Counted from the stretch's first letter, positions 1 to 7,119 are shown. The stretch is 11,498 nt of DNA from a candidate division WOR-3 bacterium (GCA_965649055.1 CBFGJG010000056.1:1-11498); one strand, 5' to 3'. Made by a program: numbers and translations. The notes: a model not told the origin generated them from the sequence alone.

Positions 1-211
1 ATCTCTCTCTCTCGAGAGGGAATTTTTATACTGATGAATGCATAATAAAGAATTCCAGAATAAAGATATATTTAACATTAAAGAGGATAAAGTTTATTTG
101 AAGAACCCTTTGCACCTTTGCCCAAAGGTGTGAAGGGGAGACATAAAAGGGCATAAAAGGGTTTGATTTTAGCAAAAGAAAAAAATTAAAAATTTAAATG
201 GAGGTAATTTT
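1..211 (+). repeat. Conserved cassette leader, copy 1 (5' part truncated by window edge)
   Basis: 1-152 is nearly identical to 4879-5032 (one substitution at 100, a 2-nt indel in the hairpin loop, one substitution after the hairpin). Similarity resumes at the A-rich tract and GGAGGT RBS (200-205) before ATG 212. Contains a local 10-bp tandem duplication CATAAAAGGG x2 (142-161). Confidence 0.95.
106..153 (+). promoter_or_regulatory. Conserved leader stem-loop (candidate cis-regulatory RNA element)
   Basis: CCCTTTGCACCTT pairs with AAGGTGTGAAGGG (13 bp, two G-U pairs on the + transcript). Arms are identical in all three leader copies. Loop GCCC is complementary to a downstream GGGC. Confidence 0.6.
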
Positions 212-385
212 ATGATTGAAATAGTATTTCCTGGGATAATAGTAGATGCCTTAATCGGAAGAGCGAAACCAGAATGTAGATGCGATTGCTGGGATAGAGG
301 TTCAAGAGAAGGGGAAAACTGTTCAGCAGGTTCATATTGTAGCGCTCGTATGGATATAGGACAATTTGATGCATTTGCAGTATAA
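212..385 (+). CDS. Cys-rich RiPP precursor peptide 1, 57 aa: MIEIVFPGIIVDALIGRAKPECRCDCWDRGSREGENCSAGSYCSARMDIGQFDAFAV
   Basis: Manual translation; not in the ORF track. GGAGGT RBS 6 nt before the ATG; 5 Cys including CxCxC; directly upstream of a rSAM/SPASM gene; same position relative to the leader as the other precursors. Confidence 0.9.
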   Translation: MIEIVFPGIIVDALIGRAKPECRCDCWDRGSREGENCSAGSYCSARMDIGQFDAFAV

Positions 386-389
386 CTTT

Positions 390-418
390 AGGGGGACGGA
401 AGCATCCGACCCCCTTTT
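390..418 (+). terminator. Hairpin plus short U-tract between precursor 1 and maturase (leaky terminator or mRNA stabiliser)
   Basis: GGGGG-A-CGGA / AGCA loop / TCCG-A-CCCCC followed by TTTT; very GC-rich against an AT-rich background. Confidence 0.75.
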
Positions 419-436
419 CAAAAAACTGGAGAAAAA

Positions 437-1858
437 ATGAATGTTCCATTTATAAAAAAGTTAAAAGTAGGAAATAATTATTATATCTATGATGTGAATT
501 CAAATAATATTCTAAGGTGTGATGAAAAAATATATAATATGATAGATACGAGTTACTGGAATACTAATGAGAAAATAATTGAGTTCCAAAAGAAAGGTAT
601 CTTTTCCCTAAAAAGACCTAAGAAAATAGTTCCTCCTTTTTCATTTGAAGAGATGAGAAAAATTTTAGAAAATGATTTAGTTGGTATATCAATGTTTATT
701 TCAGATAATTGCAATCTTAAATGTAAATACTGTTTTTTTTCAAATAACTATTATAAAACAATAAGTAGACCTTTAAAAAACAATCTAATGCATTTTCCAA
801 TGGCAAAAAAAATCCTTGATTTTTATCTAAATCATAGTGAGAATAGTGAAAGAAAGATTATAACTTTTTATGGTGGTGAGCCTTTGTTAAATTTTAAAGT
901 GATTAAAAAAAGTATTGAATACATTAAAGAAAAGTTAAAGGATTATACAAAGGAAATTATATTTTCATTTACCACAAATTTATACACTATTACAGATGAG
1001 GAAATTGAGTTTATTATAAATAATAATATCAGATTAGCAGTTTCACTTGATGGTCCTAAAGATATTCATAACAAATTTAGGCTTGATAAAACAGGAAAAG
1101 GAACATTTGATGTAGTAATGAAAAATTTAAATAAAATAAAAGATAAAAATATTGAATTCTTTAAAAAGAATGTTGGTTTTATAAGTGTGGCTACAGGAGG
1201 AACAGATATTGAAAAGGTTGCCAAATTTTTTACAGAATATTTTTCTGAGAATGTGAGTGTTAAAATTGGAGGGCTTTCATTCCTTCCTATGAATGAGACT
1301 TCAGAATTTTATGGTTTCAAATACTCACCAAACTACAAAAATGAGGAATTTTTATACAATGAATATAAAGACTGCAAGATAAAAGGTAAATCTCAAATTT
1401 CCCATAATGTTCTTTTTGATTTTTATGAAATAGAATTTTCAAAAATTCATAACAGATTTATGATACCTCTTGGGGAGATTTTTTATTCAAGTAGTGGTTG
1501 TACCCCAGGACAATTAAGACCATTAGTTGATGTAAATGGCTCAATATTTCTCTGTGAAAAGACTGGTTTTACATTTCATATAGGAGATGTTATAAATGGA
1601 TTTGATTATGAAAAGTGTTATCGCCTTATGGAAGAATTTGCATTGATCAGAGACGAGATTTGCAGGGATTGTTGGGCTTTGAGGTTTTGTGGAGTTTGTT
1701 ATCTTTATGGGATAGATGAGGAAGGAAAACTGAACAAAGGAAGATTGATAGAGATGTGTAAAAAAGAGAAAAGGGCATATGAAGTATTATTGAGAAGATA
1801 CATAGAGATTAGAGAAAAGAAAATGGATGCATTTGATAATTTAAGAAAAAATGAATAA
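437..1858 (+). CDS. Radical SAM/SPASM peptide maturase (CcpM-like Cys-rich peptide maturase), 473 aa
   Basis: CNLKCKYC (CxxxCxxC), YGGEPLL and SLDG motifs; C-terminal Cys cluster GCTPG...FLCEK...CRDCWALRFCGVC...C; N-terminal extension (YYIYDVNSNNIL) typical of an RRE-like domain; GGAG RBS at 428-431. Confidence 0.93.
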   Translation: MNVPFIKKLKVGNNYYIYDVNSNNILRCDEKIYNMIDTSYWNTNEKIIEFQKKGIFSLKRPKKIVPPFSFEEMRKILENDLVGISMFISDNCNLKCKYCFFSNNYYKTISRPLKNNLMHFPMAKKILDFYLNHSENSERKIITFYGGEPLLNFKVIKKSIEYIKEKLKDYTKEIIFSFTTNLYTITDEEIEFIINNNIRLAVSLDGPKDIHNKFRLDKTGKGTFDVVMKNLNKIKDKNIEFFKKNVGFISVATGGTDIEKVAKFFTEYFSENVSVKIGGLSFLPMNETSEFYGFKYSPNYKNEEFLYNEYKDCKIKGKSQISHNVLFDFYEIEFSKIHNRFMIPLGEIFYSSSGCTPGQLRPLVDVNGSIFLCEKTGFTFHIGDVINGFDYEKCYRLMEEFALIRDEICRDCWALRFCGVCYLYGIDEEGKLNKGRLIEMCKKEKRAYEVLLRRYIEIREKKMDAFDNLRKNE

Positions 1859-2939
1859 TAAATTTTTGTTATTTATCTTTATTTTATTTCTAAATTGTTC
1901 TAAATACATTGAAAAAACCATAAATTTTAAGATTGCGAAAGAAATAGAAAGAGAAAGCCACTTTGAAGGCTTATATTTTCCTCAGTATATGGGAGGGAAT
2001 GATAGTTTTTTAATAATTTCAGGCATTCAGAGTCCTTCTCTTATGATAAATATAGAAAGAGATGAGGTTATAGAAACATTAGCGATTGATGGAGAAGGAC
2101 CAGGTGAAAAGAAGAACTGGGGGGATGCTCATTTCTATGGGAATAAACTACTTTGCGCTTATCATAGTAAGTTGATGGTTTATGAAAAAGAGAAGAATGG
2201 TTATAAACTAAACAAAGAGCTCGCTCTTCCTTTTAATGGATGGTATTTTAGGATTTTAAATGATACTTTATTAGTTTTTATGGTGATTGATAGATATGAA
2301 AATTTGTTTGTATTATTTAATTGGGATAATGGGAAGGTTCTATTAGAGTTTGGGGATGCACTTGTCTATCCTCAAAGAAGATGGAGACAAAAATTATTAC
2401 CTGATTTTCCTTATTATTTTTGTGTATATGATAGTTTTTTAATAGTATATGATTATTTTGTAAACAAATTTATTGTATATGACATTTTTAGCAAAAAAAA
2501 GATGATAATTTCTTGTCGTTCTATTAAGTATTGGAAAACTCCAAAAGTTAAATTTGATAAAAAACTACATAGATTTGTTACTCAGTGTCCCAAAGTAAAA
2601 ATAGCAACGAATGGGAAATATTTGTTTATAATGTTTGAAAAAGCTTGGTTATACAATTGGTCAATTTATAATAATAAGAAGATTAAGAATATGAGCCAAA
2701 AAGAAAAAGCAGATTTATATTCATCTTTATTTTATTATTTTATAGATGTTTATTTATTAGAAAATTATAAATATGTTGGGAGTATTTATCCATTCAACTC
2801 AAGCATCTTATTTAATGAAGATAAAAATATTCTTTATGAACCTGAATTGTTAATTGTTAATAAAGATAAAATAATAATTTTCCTTACTGATAATTGCAAA
2901 TTCAAAGTTAAATTACTACATATAAAAATTGACCTCTAA
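1851..2939 (+). CDS. Putative lipoprotein, 6-bladed beta-propeller-like, 362 aa
   Basis: N-terminus MNNK + hydrophobic stretch + FLNC (lipobox-like Cys16); GEGPGE motif typical of 6-bladed beta-propeller proteins; beta-strand-rich pattern; overlaps the upstream stop (translational coupling). Confidence 0.65.
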   Translation: MNNKFLLFIFILFLNCSKYIEKTINFKIAKEIERESHFEGLYFPQYMGGNDSFLIISGIQSPSLMINIERDEVIETLAIDGEGPGEKKNWGDAHFYGNKLLCAYHSKLMVYEKEKNGYKLNKELALPFNGWYFRILNDTLLVFMVIDRYENLFVLFNWDNGKVLLEFGDALVYPQRRWRQKLLPDFPYYFCVYDSFLIVYDYFVNKFIVYDIFSKKKMIISCRSIKYWKTPKVKFDKKLHRFVTQCPKVKIATNGKYLFIMFEKAWLYNWSIYNNKKIKNMSQKEKADLYSSLFYYFIDVYLLENYKYVGSIYPFNSSILFNEDKNILYEPELLIVNKDKIIIFLTDNCKFKVKLLHIKIDL

Positions 2940-4578
2940 TCCCTTTCTCCGTTTTCTTAGATTTCTTTCACCTTATTGGAGAAAGGGATTATTAGCATTT
3001 TTCTTTATGCTTGTTTCTATTCTCTTACAACTTCCAATGCCTTTCTTAACAAGATATATTCTTGATGATGTTATAAGGATGAGGAGTTTTAAGGTTCTTA
3101 ATATAATAGGGTTTTCTCTTATAGGTGTAATTATTATTCAAGGTATATCATTTTTTGTTGAAAGATATTTGCTTTCAACATTCAGGGCAAAGGTCTTGTT
3201 TGATTTGAAGGTTACATTATTAGATAAGATAGAGAGATTAAAATTATCATATTTTCATAATAAAGAGACAGGTTATCTTATGAGCAGGATTCAAGATGAT
3301 ACAAATCAGGTTCAGGGACTTCTTGCAGATACATTTATCTCATTTGTTCAAAATTTTCTCACATTCATAGTTGGGATATGTGCGACATTTTATTTACACT
3401 ATAAACTTGCAATAATATGTCTTTCAATATTGCCTTTATATGCTTTAACAACATATATATTTAATAAGAGGATAAGGGATTTGAGTTATGAATTAAGGGA
3501 GGCATTTGCGAAGGTATCAAAGGATTTACAGGAGTTGTTGTCAGGTATAATGATAATTAAGGCATTTACAGGAGAAAGATATGGGACATTAAGATTTATA
3601 AGGAGTTTGAGAGAAGGGATAAGGAAGACAGTTAAACTTGATATTACAGCAACTATATTTAATATTTTTTCAAATGTTATCTCATCAACAGGTCCAATAA
3701 TTTTGATATGGTATGGATGTTATGAGATAATGAAAGGGAGATTAACGATAGGCACACTTGTGGCGTTTAATTCATTTATCAGGTATCTATTTGCTCCCAC
3801 GCAAGCATTTATGCAGATGAATATTTCTATTCAGCAATCAATAGTTTCAATAAGGAGGATATTTGAGATAATGGATGAGGAGGAGGAAAGAGATAGAGGA
3901 ATAAAGATTGAAAGGATAGAAGGTAAAATTGAGTTTAAAAATGTTTATTTTTCTTATGATGGTATGAATGATATATTAAAGAACTTTTCATTGTTGATAT
4001 TTCCGGGTGAGAAGATAGGGGTAGTGGGAGAGAGTGGGATTGGTAAATCAACAATAGCAGGGTTAATTTTAAGGTTTTATGAACATAGGGAAGGAAAGAT
4101 TATGATAGATGGGATAGATATAAGGGATATTAATTTGAAATCATTGAGGGAAAGTATAAGTTATGTATCACAGGATATATTTTTGTTTTCAGATACGATA
4201 AGGGAGAATATAAGATTAGGTAAGAGAAATGCAACAGATATTGAGATAATAGAGGCTGCAAGGATATCAGGAGTTATGGATTTTGTGAAAAAGAAAGGGG
4301 GAGGTCTTGATACGAAGATAGGTGAAAGGGGGATAAGGCTTTCAGGTGGTGAGAGGCAGAGGATAGCGATAGCGAGGGCAGTATTAAAGAATGCACCTAT
4401 TGTGATACTTGATGAGGCAACGAGTAATCTTGATATAAAAAATGAGAAGAAGATAATAAGGCTTGCAATGGATATATTTAGGGGAAAGACGATGATAATT
4501 ATAACGCATAGAAAAACTCCATTAAATATGCTTGATAGGATAATAAAGATAGAAAATGGTAGTGCAAAAGAATTGTGA
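2929..4578 (+). CDS. ABC exporter, fused permease/ATPase (MdlB/MsbA-type) without a C39 peptidase domain, 549 aa
   Basis: N-terminal TM helices; Walker A GESGIGKST, Q-loop YVSQD, signature LSGGE, Walker B VILDE, H-loop ITHR. The TTG start is supported by alignment with the ATG of the remnant copy at 10699. Confidence 0.95.
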   Translation: MTSNPFLRFLRFLSPYWRKGLLAFFFMLVSILLQLPMPFLTRYILDDVIRMRSFKVLNIIGFSLIGVIIIQGISFFVERYLLSTFRAKVLFDLKVTLLDKIERLKLSYFHNKETGYLMSRIQDDTNQVQGLLADTFISFVQNFLTFIVGICATFYLHYKLAIICLSILPLYALTTYIFNKRIRDLSYELREAFAKVSKDLQELLSGIMIIKAFTGERYGTLRFIRSLREGIRKTVKLDITATIFNIFSNVISSTGPIILIWYGCYEIMKGRLTIGTLVAFNSFIRYLFAPTQAFMQMNISIQQSIVSIRRIFEIMDEEEERDRGIKIERIEGKIEFKNVYFSYDGMNDILKNFSLLIFPGEKIGVVGESGIGKSTIAGLILRFYEHREGKIMIDGIDIRDINLKSLRESISYVSQDIFLFSDTIRENIRLGKRNATDIEIIEAARISGVMDFVKKKGGGLDTKIGERGIRLSGGERQRIAIARAVLKNAPIVILDEATSNLDIKNEKKIIRLAMDIFRGKTMIIITHRKTPLNMLDRIIKIENGSAKEL

Positions 4579-4807
4579 TTTTTCTTGATTATTTTTATTA
4601 TATTGATAAAATAATTATATGTTTTTAATAATTTCTTTAACACTTCAAGATATAGATTCTCTTGCTTTGAAAAATGCTTCTGAGATAATAAACCTAAGGG
4701 AAAATCTTTATTCGCTTCAAGATGAATATAGAACTCTTTTTTCTCACTTTTTACAACCATTGATAATTCTTTATTTTTAAATATAGAAAATTTTTCAAAA
4801 AAAATCC

Positions 4808-4836
4808 TTGACAGGATTATATTTTTTATTTATAAA
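4808..4836 (+). promoter_or_regulatory. Sigma70-type promoter TTGACA-17 nt-TATAAA, with inverted repeat AATCCT-N4-AGGATT (4803-4818) over the -35 box
   Basis: Perfect -35 at 4808-4813, 17-nt spacer, 5/6 -10 at 4831-4836; lies at the 5' side of the repeated leader. Confidence 0.7.
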
Positions 4837-4983
4837 TAAAATATGCTTATGAGTTTCATCAAAAGCAGAAATAAATTAATCTCTCTCTCTCGAGAGGGAA
4901 TTTTTATACTGATGAATGCATAATAAAGAATTCCAGAATAAAGATATATTTAACATTAAAGAGGATAAAGTTTATTTAAAGAA

Positions 4984-5032
4984 CCCTTTGCACCTTCTTG
5001 CCCAAAGGTGTGAAGGGAAGACATAAAAGGGC
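4984..5032 (+). promoter_or_regulatory. Conserved leader stem-loop, copy 2
   Basis: CCCTTTGCACCTT-CTTGCCCA-AAGGTGTGAAGGG (4984-5017) with downstream GGGC (5029-5032). Confidence 0.6.
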
Positions 5033-5080
5033 TTGTGGAAGAGAAACGAAAAAATTAAAATTTGAAAATGGAGGTAAATT

Positions 5081-5323
5081 ATGAAAAAAATAAAATGTAT
5101 TATTATACTATTAATGTTAATTGGAATTATATGTAATTTATTTCTGACTTCGTCAGCAAATGAAATTCCATCGTTAGGTGATGGATTTGAATATCCACCA
5201 TATGAAGATGGAGGTGGTGAAGGGAATGTTCCAACTGGAACTAGATATTGGAGTGGATTTCCAGATAATCCTATATGGAACTGTGATTGTTATAACGTTG
5301 GTAATACTTGTTGGTGTGGATAA
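5081..5323 (+). CDS. Secreted Cys-rich peptide, 80 aa (Sec-type signal peptide; C-terminal CDC...CWCG)
   Basis: GGAGGT RBS; MKKIK + hydrophobic core + SSA cleavage-like site; acidic Gly/Pro-rich linker; WNCDCYNVGNTCWCG C-terminus. Confidence 0.88.
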   Translation: MKKIKCIIILLMLIGIICNLFLTSSANEIPSLGDGFEYPPYEDGGGEGNVPTGTRYWSGFPDNPIWNCDCYNVGNTCWCG

Positions 5324-5344
5324 AGGCGTTCTCGCCTTTATCCA
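5317..5344 (+). terminator. Perfect 12-bp hairpin overlapping the peptide stop codon
   Basis: TGGATAAAGGCG-TTCT-CGCCTTTATCCA followed by ATTTAT (weak U-tract). Confidence 0.7.
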
Positions 5345-5360
5345 ATTTATAAATTAATTT

Positions 5361-6362
5361 ATGATTTTGATTATTTTTTCACTTACTTTTGAAGAAATCT
5401 TTACACTTATAGATATTGATTCTCTGACTTCACAAATAATTTGCCATTATGGCCAAACACCAAGGATATATATATGGAAAGATAACTATATATTAGACTA
5501 TAATAATACTATGTGGTCAAAAGGTAAAGAAAAACTCATAGCAAATTTTGGGGATGGCCCTGATGAAATAACGAAAGGTTCTATGGTAAGACTTTATAAA
5601 GATTATTGTTACTTTCTTACTTCAAATGGTATTATGTCAATTTACAACTTAGAAAAAGATGAAATGGTGTTGAAAAGAATTATAAGAAATATTGGTATAA
5701 TTTTTGATTTTACCCTTGATTCAAGAGGGAACATTTTTATTTTTAGGCATAAGTCCTTATTCAGAGGTGGAAAACCTTGGTATGGTATTCAAAGGTTGAA
5801 GCCGGATGGGACACCTGAAAATAAAAATTTTCTTGAATTAGATGAGGAATACTTTGAATGGGTATTACAAATTGGGACTACAAGGGGGATGATTGAGATA
5901 CTTAATGATACATTATATTTTATAGAACCTCATAAACCTATTTTTTATAAATTTACTACAGATGGGAAATTGATAAAAAAATGTAAACTCAAAATTGAAA
6001 GATTTATTCCGCCAAAAGAAAAGTTTAAACCTCAAAGAATAGTTACAAATGATGAATGGTTTAAAAAAACTATAGAATGGGGAGAGACTTGGACACCACC
6101 TTTGAGGCTACTAAAGATACCACCTAAATATCTTCTAATATTTTATTTTGATAAAGGTGCATATATTGAAAAACCTAATGGTTTTATTGTTCTAATAGAT
6201 ACAAACGGAGATATATTAGATGAGATTAATATTGATAAACAACCTATTGGAATAGATGATAATGGAATTATATATTTTGCATCACCAAAACAGATAAACA
6301 AGAATGGCACTATGAAGATATTTAAATACAAGTTGAACATTGAGACGGGAAAAAATAAATAA
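5361..6362 (+). CDS. 6-bladed beta-propeller-like protein, 333 aa
   Basis: FGDGPDE motif near the N-terminus; NHL/propeller-like blades (FDFTLDSRGNIFIF, FYKFTTDGKLIK, LIDTNGDIL, IGIDDNGIIYF); short hydrophobic N-terminus. Confidence 0.7.
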   Translation: MILIIFSLTFEEIFTLIDIDSLTSQIICHYGQTPRIYIWKDNYILDYNNTMWSKGKEKLIANFGDGPDEITKGSMVRLYKDYCYFLTSNGIMSIYNLEKDEMVLKRIIRNIGIIFDFTLDSRGNIFIFRHKSLFRGGKPWYGIQRLKPDGTPENKNFLELDEEYFEWVLQIGTTRGMIEILNDTLYFIEPHKPIFYKFTTDGKLIKKCKLKIERFIPPKEKFKPQRIVTNDEWFKKTIEWGETWTPPLRLLKIPPKYLLIFYFDKGAYIEKPNGFIVLIDTNGDILDEINIDKQPIGIDDNGIIYFASPKQINKNGTMKIFKYKLNIETGKNK

Positions 6363-6379
6363 TTTTTGTTTTCATTTAT

Positions 6380-6979
6380 ATGAGAGCATTACGTATGATA
6401 AAAAAGAATATAATTTCTGAATTTCTTTTTTATTTAGTTGTCATTGTAATAATATTTTTTCAAAGCAAAATGATTATTTCAAGTAAAATGGAAGTATCTT
6501 TTTATAAAGTTCTTCTTTCTAATGTTCCTTTGAAGGAATATTCAATTATGAAGGAATATTCAATTATTTTAAGAGATACACTTTCAAATGATTTTGAATT
6601 TAATAATTTATATGGGAAAGGGATTTGTCTTATCTCAACAATATCACCGAAGGATTGTGGTAGTTGTCTTGAAGATGAGATAGAGTTTTTGAAGTATTTA
6701 AGAAAGAATATACCTGCATTACAGGTAATAGTTTTAATAGAGCATTATTATGGTTCAAATAAAGAGATATCGCCATGGATTAAAGACTATGGGATAGAAT
6801 ATCCATATTATTTTGATGTTGGTGGTATAGAGGATAGATGTTCATTAAAGAGTAGTTTATCTTGGAATTTTATAGTTAAAGATGGGAAGATAATAACGAG
6901 TTTTCTTCCACCGAAGGGGAGAATGGAAAAGAAGATATGTTTAAATTTATTAAGGGAATATGTGAGGATGAAGATATAA
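6380..6979 (+). CDS. Membrane-anchored thioredoxin-fold (TlpA/redoxin-like) CxxC protein, ~199 aa; exact start uncertain
   Basis: N-terminal TM helix; beta strand then DCGSC then helix (LEDEIEFLKYL); later YGIEYPYYFD and FIVKDGKI segments typical of TlpA/AhpC-like folds. Confidence 0.7.
   Translation: MRALRMIKKNIISEFLFYLVVIVIIFFQSKMIISSKMEVSFYKVLLSNVPLKEYSIMKEYSIILRDTLSNDFEFNNLYGKGICLISTISPKDCGSCLEDEIEFLKYLRKNIPALQVIVLIEHYYGSNKEISPWIKDYGIEYPYYFDVGGIEDRCSLKSSLSWNFIVKDGKIITSFLPPKGRMEKKICLNLLREYVRMKI
6531..6566 (+). repeat. In-frame 18-bp tandem duplication
   Basis: TGAAGGAATATTCAATTA x2, encoding KEYSIM-KEYSII. Confidence 0.95.
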
Positions 6980-7061
6980 ATAAAAAAAATCCTTTACTGG
7001 ATTCTATTTTTTTTATCAAAAGCAGGAATAAAATAAACTCTATCGAAAGGGAATTTTTATA

Positions 7062-7090
7062 TTGATAAAAGGATAAAAGATATATATAAT
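7062..7090 (+). promoter_or_regulatory. Candidate sigma70 promoter TTGATA-17 nt-TATAAT unique to leader copy 3
   Basis: TTGATA 7062-7067, 17-nt spacer, perfect TATAAT 7085-7090. AT-rich context raises the chance-match rate. Confidence 0.55.
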
Positions 7091-7119
7091 TTTAAAGAGG
7101 ATAAAATTTATTTGAAGAA

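Larger units (their letters stand above)
4757..5080 (+). repeat. Conserved cassette leader, copy 2 (complete, with promoter)
   Basis: 4879-5032 matches 1-152; 4798-5032 matches 6982-7165 with deletions in the latter; 4757-4807 matches 10795-10844. GGAGGT RBS before ATG 5081. Confidence 0.95.

Noticed and set aside
2..18. (TC)6 tract and CTCTCGAGAG palindrome as a phase-variation site
   Set aside because: Same length in copies 1 and 2, non-coding, and not within the promoter spacer.
19..56. CTGATGA inside a leader hairpin, resembling a hammerhead ribozyme core
   Set aside because: No stem II followed by GAAA, no three-way junction could be built, and the motif is lost in copy 3.
70..97. ATTTAACATTA resembles a XerD arm (dif/pdif-like site), attractive for a cassette array near an IS1202-like element
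   Set aside because: The partner arm (ATAAAGTTTAT) does not fit a XerC consensus, the site is not conserved in copy 3, and such matches are common in AT-rich DNA.
106..153. Known riboswitch (cobalamin, SAM, preQ1, c-di-GMP)
   Set aside because: I could not match the conserved cores of these families by eye; kept only as an unknown structured element pending an Rfam search.
1..211. Repeated leader as an integron attC site, CRISPR repeat or MITE
   Set aside because: No RYYYAAC/GTTRRRY box pair, no short regular spacers, and no terminal inverted repeats or target duplications seen; it includes a promoter and RBS in fixed orientation.
210..449. 79-aa minus-strand ORF in the track
   Set aside because: Antisense shadow of the + strand precursor (212-385), which has an RBS, motif similarity and the right context.
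4161..4760. 199-aa minus-strand ORF
   Set aside because: Two-thirds is antisense to the ABC ATPase domain and there is no RBS. The first ~50 codons could be a gene relic, but I cannot support any family assignment.
6143..6340. 65-aa minus-strand ORF
   Set aside because: Antisense shadow within the propeller-like gene.
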